A DNA stretch of 15,599 bases from Fibrobacteria bacterium. Lineage in GTDB: Bacteria > Fibrobacterota > Fibrobacteria > UBA11236. Under the pieces are notes generated by a model, which was given only the letters and a program-made list of their open reading frames with translations, did no database searches and was not told where the DNA came from. The DNA lies in assembly GCA_043732185.1 (NCBI GenBank), contig JAYTHY010000024.1, forward strand, positions 1-15,599, in the 5' to 3' direction. Position numbers and translations under genes: made by a program. Below, piece by piece: positions 7,397 to 14,973 of the stretch (the first letter of the stretch is position 1; the number at the start of each line of letters is the position of its first letter).

Positions 7397-8907
7397 GGAA
7401 GTGAAATTTTCTCAAAGGCCGCACCATACCGAAAATAATATTCTCCTGGGGCAAACTTCGCCGATGACAATTCAAAAATACCCGTAGGCGTCCCAGTGAA
7501 AACGAGTTGACCTACCAGAGTGTAGAGTCGAAACGCCATTCGGTTGGCGGCAGAAAATTGAAAGCGACGGCCGTTCCGAGTGAAGGCCAACTGCGTTGGA
7601 CTCCTGGACATCGATAAAGTGGGAGTATCGGTTTGTATCATTTGAAATTGATCCTTCAGCGCTCCGGTTTTATCGTAAAACCTGCTGGTGGCCACGGAAT
7701 CTTCCACGGTGAGAATTACGGATCCAGGGACATCCAATTGCACATAATGCATGGGATGCAAACCGATTATTCCTTCCGCATGTCCGCTGCTGCCATCCAC
7801 GGTATACACCGTTCCGCGGTGTCCGGCCAACCGCGACTTCTTAATGTATGGACCTGTAGTAGTGGGGTTACCGGACTTTCCATCCAATACCACTTTTGAT
7901 TTTTTCGCCAGATTGTCCGAAGCGATTCCATACGCGCTGTCCAGCAAAAAGGACCGTTCATAATCATGACTGTGTCCACCATACACCAGGTCCACTCCGT
8001 ATTTTTCTAGCAAGGGCAGAAAGTTTTGCCGCATTTCTACATGCTCGATCTCGGTATCAGAATTATGCGATCCCCAAGTATACGGGGGATGATGAAAGAA
8101 CACGATAATCCAGGCTTGCGTCGTGGCCTGTAAATCCTGCTGCAACCACTTGTACTGCGGACCCGTAACGGAGCGGCTACTGACGATCGATGCCAAGGAA
8201 ATGAAATGGATATTTCCGTAATCAAAAGAATAATAGAGCTCTGAACCTGAGGCGATGCCCCCGGATTGTCCTGCTGTGGGGAAGTAAAAGCCATCGAGAT
8301 AAGGCGCTCCGTTTGAGGTGTAACTTTCATGATTTCCAATGCAGGACCAGGTAAACGTATTGGCCATAATGGTTGGATAGATGTTAAACATTTTATTGGT
8401 GAGTTCCTGATCCGTTCCATTGTCATAGGCATTGTCGCCCAGCATGATCAGGCCATCCGAATGAGTTCCACCATTGACCTTGATATACGCGTCCCGCACC
8501 GACCATTGATCTACGGTGTTCGTCCCAGCGTCGCCGATTATCCAAAAGGAACTTTTTTGTCTAGAGCCCAGAGTTGGATGGGTTTTAAAATAGGGGTTGG
8601 GCGTTCCCGTCAATCGGGTGGTTCCTGAGTAAACGTGGTAGAAATACTTGGTGAAAGGCTGCAATCCCTGCAGATCCGCGCAGGCATCGGTGCCAAGTGG
8701 ACTGGGGCTGCTGGTCAGCGACAAGTTGGTGGAATCCGTCCCATAATGCACGGTCAAAATTGCAGCCGTATTCGTTCTCCAACATACCGATGCAGCGGTA
8801 GGCGCGCCCTTTTGCATGAAGGGCTGACGAACAAAGGAAAGTGTTTGACACGAAACGACTGAAAGCGAAAATGCGAATAGGGCGGGAATCAAAATGCTGG
8901 GCTTCAT
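7393..8907 (-). CDS. Secreted purple-acid-phosphatase-like metallophosphoesterase (N-terminal FN3-like domain, T9SS-like C-terminal tail)
   Basis: Signal peptide, FN3-like domain (VCWRT..VHYG..LQGLQPFTKYFY), metal ligand motifs GDAG, GDNAY, GNHE, HHPPY and GHSHDYER, YYSFDYGNIHFISL, and tail LYTLVGQLV...APGEYYFR. GGAGA SD. Confidence 0.9.
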   Translation of the reverse strand: MKPSILIPALFAFSLSVVSCQTLSFVRQPFMQKGAPTAASVCWRTNTAAILTVHYGTDSTNLSLTSSPSPLGTDACADLQGLQPFTKYFYHVYSGTTRLTGTPNPYFKTHPTLGSRQKSSFWIIGDAGTNTVDQWSVRDAYIKVNGGTHSDGLIMLGDNAYDNGTDQELTNKMFNIYPTIMANTFTWSCIGNHESYTSNGAPYLDGFYFPTAGQSGGIASGSELYYSFDYGNIHFISLASIVSSRSVTGPQYKWLQQDLQATTQAWIIVFFHHPPYTWGSHNSDTEIEHVEMRQNFLPLLEKYGVDLVYGGHSHDYERSFLLDSAYGIASDNLAKKSKVVLDGKSGNPTTTGPYIKKSRLAGHRGTVYTVDGSSGHAEGIIGLHPMHYVQLDVPGSVILTVEDSVATSRFYDKTGALKDQFQMIQTDTPTLSMSRSPTQLAFTRNGRRFQFSAANRMAFRLYTLVGQLVFTGTPTGIFELSSAKFAPGEYYFRYGAAFEKISLP

Positions 8908-8957
8908 TTTGGAGTCTCCGATTCTATTCGGAATCTAGATTTATTTATTGTGGTGAA

Positions 8958-8995
8958 TTAAGGTTTCAGCACCATTTTAGGGTTTCAGCACCATT
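8958..8995. repeat. 19 bp tandem duplication (18/19 identical) of the last codons and stop of the PmoA-family gene
   Basis: TTAAGGTTTCAGCACCATT (8958-8976) is directly followed by TTAGGGTTTCAGCACCATT (8977-8995). Confidence 0.92.
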
Positions 8996-10515
8996 GAAAC
9001 AATTCGGGTCCATTGTCCCAATTCCGATTCAAACTTCAAGATGCCAATTCCACCCGACACTGGGCTTGGAAGCATGGTGGTTTGTCCGTATTGGCCCCGT
9101 GCCGTCCCCAGTTGAACTCCGTGAATGTCCACTACCGTAACGGTTCCATCGCTCATATTTTTAGGCCATTGCACTTCAATTCCATGGACCGTTGCGCGAA
9201 TCACAAACTTCGGCTCCAGCTGAAATTGCTTCGAGCTTTTAGGAAAAGCTGAGGTGGTGGCTTGAAAAGTTGCCGAAGGAGACGCTGTGAAATCCTTAAA
9301 GTAGGCTTGGGCCGAGAGAGTGTTGACCTGACCCGTGGTAATGACGAATCGGTACCGGAAAACGTAATCTTGACCGGCGAGCAGGGTCCACTTTTTTACG
9401 CTGCTGTCCACGGGGGTATAGGCCAGGAAGGGGATACCAGGCCAATTGGATGTCGCCTCTGGGAAATGATAATTTTGCGGGTGCGTCATCATGACCACGC
9501 TGGATCGATTAACGCCATTCAGTCCGGACATGACTTGCCATCTCTCCCGCGTGGGACGGGCAAGATTTCCAGACGGCGTTAAGAAAGATGCCGTAGCATC
9601 CCACGCGCGGTTGCCACGATAGCTCATGCCTTGATAGTCCCATTCAAAAAGTGTGAGCGGACTGGACCCGGCACAGCGTTGAGTGGAGGTGATATCCAGG
9701 ATCCAACTCGGTGCGGCTGTGGTTCCGCCTACAGTCGGTCCATCCACTGCAAATACCTTTACTTGCCACGTTTCGTTGAGAACCGGCTTACCGAGTGGCA
9801 AATTTGCCGCGGTCATATCGAGATGCTCATGCTCCGCTGTAAATCCTGCAAAAACCTGGCCTGCGTTGGGTGAGAGAAACTTTTTAAACCGGATGACGCC
9901 TAAAGAATCCCTTAAATCCGGCAACCAAAAATCCACCCGATGGCCTTCGAAAACAGCCTTACGCCACGGCATGAAAATTCCGTGATGCCAATAATGATCG
10001 GTTGGAAAATCACCCGTTAAGGTATCCCCCAAGGGTGAAAAAAGCGGGTGGATGTATCCGCCATCTTTGGCATAAATTGTGTCCACACCTGCGGGAGGAC
10101 GGGTATGCCCATAGTTATAGCGCAGTATAGATTTGGTTCCAACGCGCAATTCCCGGTAAGGGTAAGTGTCCTGATAGGAAAGGGACGATTTTCCAGCAAC
10201 CGTCCCCATTTCCAGGTGAAAAGATCGCGACTGACCGGCTGGCGTGGAGTCTGGCAAGATAAACCACACTCCCGGAGAGGCTGCGGAATCATATTGTGCG
10301 GCGAAGGGAGTCAGGGACTTCCCACTTATTTCCACCAAGCGCAGGGGGCCAGGATTTGCATAATTCGCAGGCAAGGGCACGCGTACGGGAACGTTCTTAT
10401 GCGCAAGCGTATCCGCCTTAACGGTTATGACACCCAACTCCTGGGCTGGAATATTCGTTAGTATACCGGCCATCAGCAGGACTGATGGATAGACCAGGAG
10501 GGATGTCAGTCGCAT
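8977..10515 (-). CDS. Secreted DUF6807 / 'PmoA-family' (PF14100-like) protein with a T9SS-like tail; not a true methane monooxygenase subunit
   Basis: Signal peptide (IPA-QE), family motif YIHPLFSPLGDTLTGDFPTDHYWHHGIFMPW, DFW, YQGMSYRG, HPQN, FRYRFVI, and tail VTVVDIHGVQL...GIGILKF. Confidence 0.75.
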   Translation of the reverse strand: MRLTSLLVYPSVLLMAGILTNIPAQELGVITVKADTLAHKNVPVRVPLPANYANPGPLRLVEISGKSLTPFAAQYDSAASPGVWFILPDSTPAGQSRSFHLEMGTVAGKSSLSYQDTYPYRELRVGTKSILRYNYGHTRPPAGVDTIYAKDGGYIHPLFSPLGDTLTGDFPTDHYWHHGIFMPWRKAVFEGHRVDFWLPDLRDSLGVIRFKKFLSPNAGQVFAGFTAEHEHLDMTAANLPLGKPVLNETWQVKVFAVDGPTVGGTTAAPSWILDITSTQRCAGSSPLTLFEWDYQGMSYRGNRAWDATASFLTPSGNLARPTRERWQVMSGLNGVNRSSVVMMTHPQNYHFPEATSNWPGIPFLAYTPVDSSVKKWTLLAGQDYVFRYRFVITTGQVNTLSAQAYFKDFTASPSATFQATTSAFPKSSKQFQLEPKFVIRATVHGIEVQWPKNMSDGTVTVVDIHGVQLGTARGQYGQTTMLPSPVSGGIGILKFESELGQWTRIVSMVLKP

Positions 10516-10527
10516 ATTATTTGGTTC

Positions 10528-12291
10528 CTAGCGCAGCAAAGTGAATCGGGAAAGTATAGGTCCCTTGGATGTTACTGTCTTTATCCAGTACATGCCTGCT
10601 TGAGTCGGAAATCCTTCCGGCATTTTTGCACCCGCCTCCAATTCGCCGGTCCAAACCCGAGTGCCGCTCATGGTATACACTTCCACCGAGTGCCGTCCGG
10701 ATTCCGTGAATAAAGGCCCGAACGCAGCATCTGCACGGGGCTGAAAATCCTTCATCGACACAATGGACGTGGAAACTTGGGTTATACACGCTCCGGAACT
10801 ATCTGCGTCCGCATAAGGATTGAACTCGGAATAGGCAGGATTTCGGCAACCCTTTACTGCAAAAGCCGATGCCACTGTAGAGCGGCAGGTGCCTTGATAT
10901 TCCAATTTGGTCAGGGTGCCAGAATAATGGGACATCACATACAAAATGCCATCGGGACTGAAGCCAAGATCCATTACGCCATTGGGAAACGTGACTCCGG
11001 GCAAGAAAGGAGCGCTGTCAATGACCTTCCCAGCTCCATCGAGAGTAAGCACGCCGAGAATGGGTTGGAAATGATTGGATATAATCCATTTTCCATGGAA
11101 ATGGGGCGGGAACTTAACAGTGGACGCAGAGGTAGGATCGTAGCGGTAAATGGGACCTGAAAGGGCTGCCATTTCTCCTCCACCGAATCCAATGATGTCA
11201 GTGGCTTGCCTTTTCAAGGTAACGTAAGTGGCCGGCGTGAGCGGCGGCAGCGTATCGATACCCGTATTGAATCTGGAATCGTTGACTGGCTTTAAAGGAT
11301 TGAACTTTGCCCCAAAAGTCGGAGTGGTGACGGTCCAATCCCTGTGCGGATACGCATAGTCTTTTCCAAAAAACATGGGCCAACCGCCGTTTCCGGGCGC
11401 TGTGAAAATTTGGAACTCGTCGCCGCCATAGCCCAATGGGCCGCCAGCATATTTATCATTATCATCCGGACCGGCTTCGGATTCCAGTACCCAACCATGA
11501 ATAGGATCGATATGCAGACTGATGGGATTGCGCATACCCATGCTGTAAATCTCAGGCCTGGTTTTGGCTTTGGTCTTGGGAAACAGATTGCCATTGGGAA
11601 TGGTGTAGGTGCCGTTTAATTCGGGATGGATGCGAAGAATTTTCCCGCGCAGATCGTTAGTATTGGCGGACGTCGCCAATGGAGCATGGTTTAAGGACAC
11701 TTCATTTGTAGCCGGATACTCGCCCCAGAACCGGTTGTCGCCGGTGGTTATATAAAGATTTCCCTGAATATCGAAGCGCAGCTTTCCGCCTGTATGGCTG
11801 CCGGCCGGGAACTGGTTAGTGGTGTCATTGGGGACTTCCAGCAAAACCTTTTCACTGGTGAGATCAATCTTTCCCGAGACAAATTTGAAGCGGGATAGAC
11901 GAAAATCTGAAAATGGATCGACGCCGGGTGGATTTGGTGTTTTCAATTTGGGCGTGTAGTAGAGATAAATCCAGGGTTCAGCAGGAAATTTTGGATCAAG
12001 GGCTATGCCCCACAGACCCATATAACCATTGGCATCCGCGCCGACGTTGGCTATTTCAACATGCGTGTTTAATGCAGGATCATAAATATTCACGGTACCG
12101 CCTTTGGCCGTATAGAATACCCGACCATCCTTGGCGACTTCCAGCTCCATCAATTCGGCCTTCCCCGTTATCAAGGGAGTCACCTTGAAATCGGTATTTT
12201 TCAAATCATCGCAACCGGGCCATTTCAATTGAGCCTGTGTCAATTGAACGGACAGGGCCGCCGTAAGTAAGTACAGGGAATTTTTCAGCAT
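10528..12291 (-). CDS. Secreted PQQ-dependent sugar dehydrogenase (glucose/sorbosone dehydrogenase beta-propeller) with a T9SS-like tail
   Basis: Signal peptide (TQA-QL), GLWGIALDPKF..WIYLYY, HTGGKLRFD..GNLYITTGDN, NTNDLRGKILRIHP, IPNGNLF, PEIYSMGMRNP, GNGGWP, DLGFSPDGILYV. Start moved to ATG 12291 because of the GAGGAG SD and signal peptide. Confidence 0.88.
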   Translation of the reverse strand: MLKNSLYLLTAALSVQLTQAQLKWPGCDDLKNTDFKVTPLITGKAELMELEVAKDGRVFYTAKGGTVNIYDPALNTHVEIANVGADANGYMGLWGIALDPKFPAEPWIYLYYTPKLKTPNPPGVDPFSDFRLSRFKFVSGKIDLTSEKVLLEVPNDTTNQFPAGSHTGGKLRFDIQGNLYITTGDNRFWGEYPATNEVSLNHAPLATSANTNDLRGKILRIHPELNGTYTIPNGNLFPKTKAKTRPEIYSMGMRNPISLHIDPIHGWVLESEAGPDDNDKYAGGPLGYGGDEFQIFTAPGNGGWPMFFGKDYAYPHRDWTVTTPTFGAKFNPLKPVNDSRFNTGIDTLPPLTPATYVTLKRQATDIIGFGGGEMAALSGPIYRYDPTSASTVKFPPHFHGKWIISNHFQPILGVLTLDGAGKVIDSAPFLPGVTFPNGVMDLGFSPDGILYVMSHYSGTLTKLEYQGTCRSTVASAFAVKGCRNPAYSEFNPYADADSSGACITQVSTSIVSMKDFQPRADAAFGPLFTESGRHSVEVYTMSGTRVWTGELEAGAKMPEGFPTQAGMYWIKTVTSKGPILSRFTLLR

Positions 12292-12323
12292 TTTTTCTCC
12301 TCGTTTAAGATTCGTTAAGAATT

Positions 12324-14054
12324 TTATTTTCCAGGACTCGTCGACCATTTAAAATCTGGTTTTTGGGATTCATACTCCCATTGAATTCGATTGGGGCTTA
12401 GGGCTGTTTGCCACACCCGCACTTCATCGATTTTACCATGGAAATAATCCTGCGAAGGCGCAGGCTTCCAGTATCTCAGCTTTTCAAATCCAATGCGCCA
12501 ATAGCCTTTGAACGCGGCTGGAGGCCGTGGTAGGGAATCCTTGGCGACAAGCTTCCCATCCACAAAAATGGACTGTCCATCGGGCGCAATTACGGAAGTC
12601 AACAAATGCCAGAGCCCGTCGTTATATTTTCCCGATGTCGAGAGTATTGCATACGCAGTGTCCGAAGGCGGAAGTGGCGGTTTATAATTTTGATACACGC
12701 CCAAGTGCAGGCTTCCAGAATCATCCATCCAAATATGTCTATCGTAATCATGACTGGTATCCATCGCTGCGCTTGAAAATCCCAGTATCCAGCCCCCTTG
12801 CTTGGAGGTCGTTTGCATCCATAGAGAATGGGTCACGAATCTGGGATTATCGAAGGCGTTTCGAGTCGTCAGATATTGGCCACCATCCAATTCCAATCCC
12901 CTTCCCCACGGAGTACTTACCGAAAGAGACGGTGTGCCCCGTAGCGTCGCCAAATTTCCGAGCGTGGATGCGTCCAGAAATTGTGGCGCGGGCCCAGCCG
13001 GGTTTTCACCCAAATGCCACACCCCTGCGTATTGAGCCGTGGCAGCAAATACGTGCGGTGCGGAAGAAATGCCCGGCGCATTGCGATTTCCCCAATACAT
13101 TTGCATGCTCGTTTGAGATTCACCTACAGGAGGAGATTTCACTTTCACCCATACCTGGGCCGTTCCAGCGGTCGAGTCCCAGAAATCGATTTCATACTCC
13201 AGCGGTTGGCCACTGGGCTGGGTAAATCTCAAATCGGCACCATCGTGCATAGCTTGGGAAAAGGCAAAACTGCCCACCGGAAGGCGTACCAGTACCGGCA
13301 GGTCAGTTGACATACCCGAGTCCCCGGATGCAGTGAGAGCGGGCGTATTCAGCAACAGCGACTGAGAATGCGCCCAAACGGCGAGGTTTTCTTCCAAAGT
13401 ATTCTCGGGAAGCGTGGTATTCCGACCGGATTGGACGGTGATATTTTCAACGGTTGCAGGCAAAACATCCGCCCGCGCCGAGGTTATATGGACGCGATAG
13501 GCTCCACTCGGTAGATCCGTAAATACAAAATGACCGGTTTCCGAATTCACCTGTACGCGCCGTTCCATTCCCGGAATCTGCACAACAGGCGGTGGCGACC
13601 CTCCAGGAACCTTCACGTTACCCTCAAGATGACCCAAGGGCAGTAAATAGGAGCGCACCAAGTCAAGCCGCTGTCCCGGAGTGTCCATCCTGCAATCCTG
13701 AATTGCCCCTGTAGCGCCCAACCCCACCTCGACCCGATACAATCCCGTATCCACTTTAGAAAGGGAAAATTTTCCCGCGCTGTCCGAATGGGTTTCCCAT
13801 TCCAGAGGTAGGCTCGCGAGCGAAGTTTGGGTTTGCAAATAATCCTTAGGGCGTAGGCGAATCAAGGCTCCCATTACCGCCTGACCGGTGGAATCCAAAG
13901 CAGTGCCGACCACCATTCCCTTCTTGGCAGGATTGCCGACTTCGGAGGAAGCCAATCGATCCTGATTGAAGCAGCCAAATAGAAAACATAGCGCAACACA
14001 TAGCGCCAAGCCAGCCACACCCATTGAAAGTTTTGAAGGGCCCGTGCGCTTCAT
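12324..14054 (-). CDS. Lipoprotein with carboxypeptidase-regulatory-like Ig domains, DUF2341 and a LamG/concanavalin-A-like domain
   Basis: Lipobox LFGC after a basic and hydrophobic N-terminus. Two beta-sandwich repeats (GTALDSTG..SDSAGKFSL..TGLYRV; SETGHFVFTDLPSGAYRV), DUF2341 motif DGADLRFT..LEYEIDFWD..AQVWVKV..MYWGN, and LamG motifs YNDGLWH..IFVDGKL..FHGKIDEVRV. Confidence 0.83.
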   Translation of the reverse strand: MKRTGPSKLSMGVAGLALCVALCFLFGCFNQDRLASSEVGNPAKKGMVVGTALDSTGQAVMGALIRLRPKDYLQTQTSLASLPLEWETHSDSAGKFSLSKVDTGLYRVEVGLGATGAIQDCRMDTPGQRLDLVRSYLLPLGHLEGNVKVPGGSPPPVVQIPGMERRVQVNSETGHFVFTDLPSGAYRVHITSARADVLPATVENITVQSGRNTTLPENTLEENLAVWAHSQSLLLNTPALTASGDSGMSTDLPVLVRLPVGSFAFSQAMHDGADLRFTQPSGQPLEYEIDFWDSTAGTAQVWVKVKSPPVGESQTSMQMYWGNRNAPGISSAPHVFAATAQYAGVWHLGENPAGPAPQFLDASTLGNLATLRGTPSLSVSTPWGRGLELDGGQYLTTRNAFDNPRFVTHSLWMQTTSKQGGWILGFSSAAMDTSHDYDRHIWMDDSGSLHLGVYQNYKPPLPPSDTAYAILSTSGKYNDGLWHLLTSVIAPDGQSIFVDGKLVAKDSLPRPPAAFKGYWRIGFEKLRYWKPAPSQDYFHGKIDEVRVWQTALSPNRIQWEYESQKPDFKWSTSPGK

Positions 14055-14908
14055 GATTTCCTATCTCCCAAGTCTTGGCTGGTTGGGAAGAATTGAAAAC
14101 TCAGGTGATACACTCGTGAGGGATTAACGCTCTTGTCGGCGATTTGCATCAACTTTTTGCGAAAGCGTTTGATTTCGGATTTGATCAAAGCAAAACTCTC
14201 GGCGGAAAGCGTCGCCACCAGGCAAGACACATCGCGCACGTCTTCCGCGCACGTGTCCATGGACTCACCAGCCAGTTTGAGGTTTTGCAAATGAAAGGCC
14301 TGCACCGATAAAGATTGTACTTCATCTCCGGTGGTGATGGAACGATCTTCTTGAACATACCCCGCTTTGGTTTTGCGGATAAGCCCCAGATTGATCAACG
14401 TCTTTACAGCCCGTCGCGCTTTTTCAGCTGTGATGGGTGGATGCAAGGCCTTGCCCAACCGCTCGAAATCTTCTTTAAAATCAAAAATGGGCAGAAGTTC
14501 CCGGATGGTGTTGTAGTACCAGTGGGAGTAAAATTCGTATTGGTTGCGCAATAATATTTTGGATTCGCTTCGGCTGTTATAATCCGTGAGCTTTACAAAA
14601 TGGTGGGCTTTTTCCCGCTGAGACTTGGCATGGTTGAATGCAACTAAGTCCTGAAAATATGAGAACGACTTTCCAGTCAAACCAATACCTTCGGCTACAG
14701 CAAAAACACCTTCCTTGGAGAGGTTTCGTTTTCCATCGATAATGTGATGGAGCAAGCTCTTGGATTTGAATCCGACCTTGCGCATGAATATTTCATAGGA
14801 AAAATGGGGCGTTTTCGCCTTGGATTCCACATAGTAGTCGTGCAGGAATTTCCTGTAGTCTAAATAGTGGAATATTGAGGTCATGAATGGAGGGCTCCGA
14901 ATTTCCAA
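14051..14908 (-). CDS. TIGR02147 family protein (N-terminal HTH-like region + DUF4423), putative transcription regulator
   Basis: IFHYLDYRKFLHDYY..K....FSY..F..KVGFKS..IIDGKRNLS, YEFYSHWYYNTIRELL, LINLGLI, FHLQNLKLA, RDVSCL, FRKKL..RVYHLSFQFFP. The TTG start at 14908 has a GGAGGT SD, and ATG 14884 is the alternative. ATGA overlap with the next gene. Confidence 0.85.
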   Translation of the reverse strand: MEIRSPPFMTSIFHYLDYRKFLHDYYVESKAKTPHFSYEIFMRKVGFKSKSLLHHIIDGKRNLSKEGVFAVAEGIGLTGKSFSYFQDLVAFNHAKSQREKAHHFVKLTDYNSRSESKILLRNQYEFYSHWYYNTIRELLPIFDFKEDFERLGKALHPPITAEKARRAVKTLINLGLIRKTKAGYVQEDRSITTGDEVQSLSVQAFHLQNLKLAGESMDTCAEDVRDVSCLVATLSAESFALIKSEIKRFRKKLMQIADKSVNPSRVYHLSFQFFPTSQDLGDRKS

Positions 14909-14943
14909 TAACCTACCTCCATTAGAAGCATTTCAGGTTACAT

Positions 14944-14973
14944 TTTATACAGAATTGTTCACATTTTGAGAAC
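14944..14973 (-). promoter_or_regulatory. Putative promoter of the TIGR02147 cassette with an overlapping imperfect palindrome (candidate operator)
   Basis: Minus strand TTCTCA (14972-14967), 17 bp spacer, TATAAA (14949-14944). The palindrome GTTCaCAtttTGaGAAC (14957-14973) covers the -35 element. Confidence 0.45.

Noticed and set aside
8958..8995. CRISPR array or IS target-site duplication
   Set aside because: Only two adjacent copies with no spacer, and no cas or transposase genes or terminal inverted repeats.
8977..10515. Methane monooxygenase subunit A / methanotrophy
   Set aside because: True PmoA is a polytopic membrane protein in a pmoCAB operon. This protein is soluble, secreted and has no pmoB/pmoC neighbours.
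12301..12320. Short imperfect direct repeat TCGTTTAAGA / TCGTTAAGA upstream of the dehydrogenase SD
   Set aside because: Too short and AT-rich to separate from chance or neutral slippage.
4782..14898. GGAG-N1-2-CTCC motif near three start codons (4782, 8911, 14889)
   Set aside because: Loops of 1-2 nt cannot form hairpins and half of the motif is just the SD sequence. Probably coincidence.
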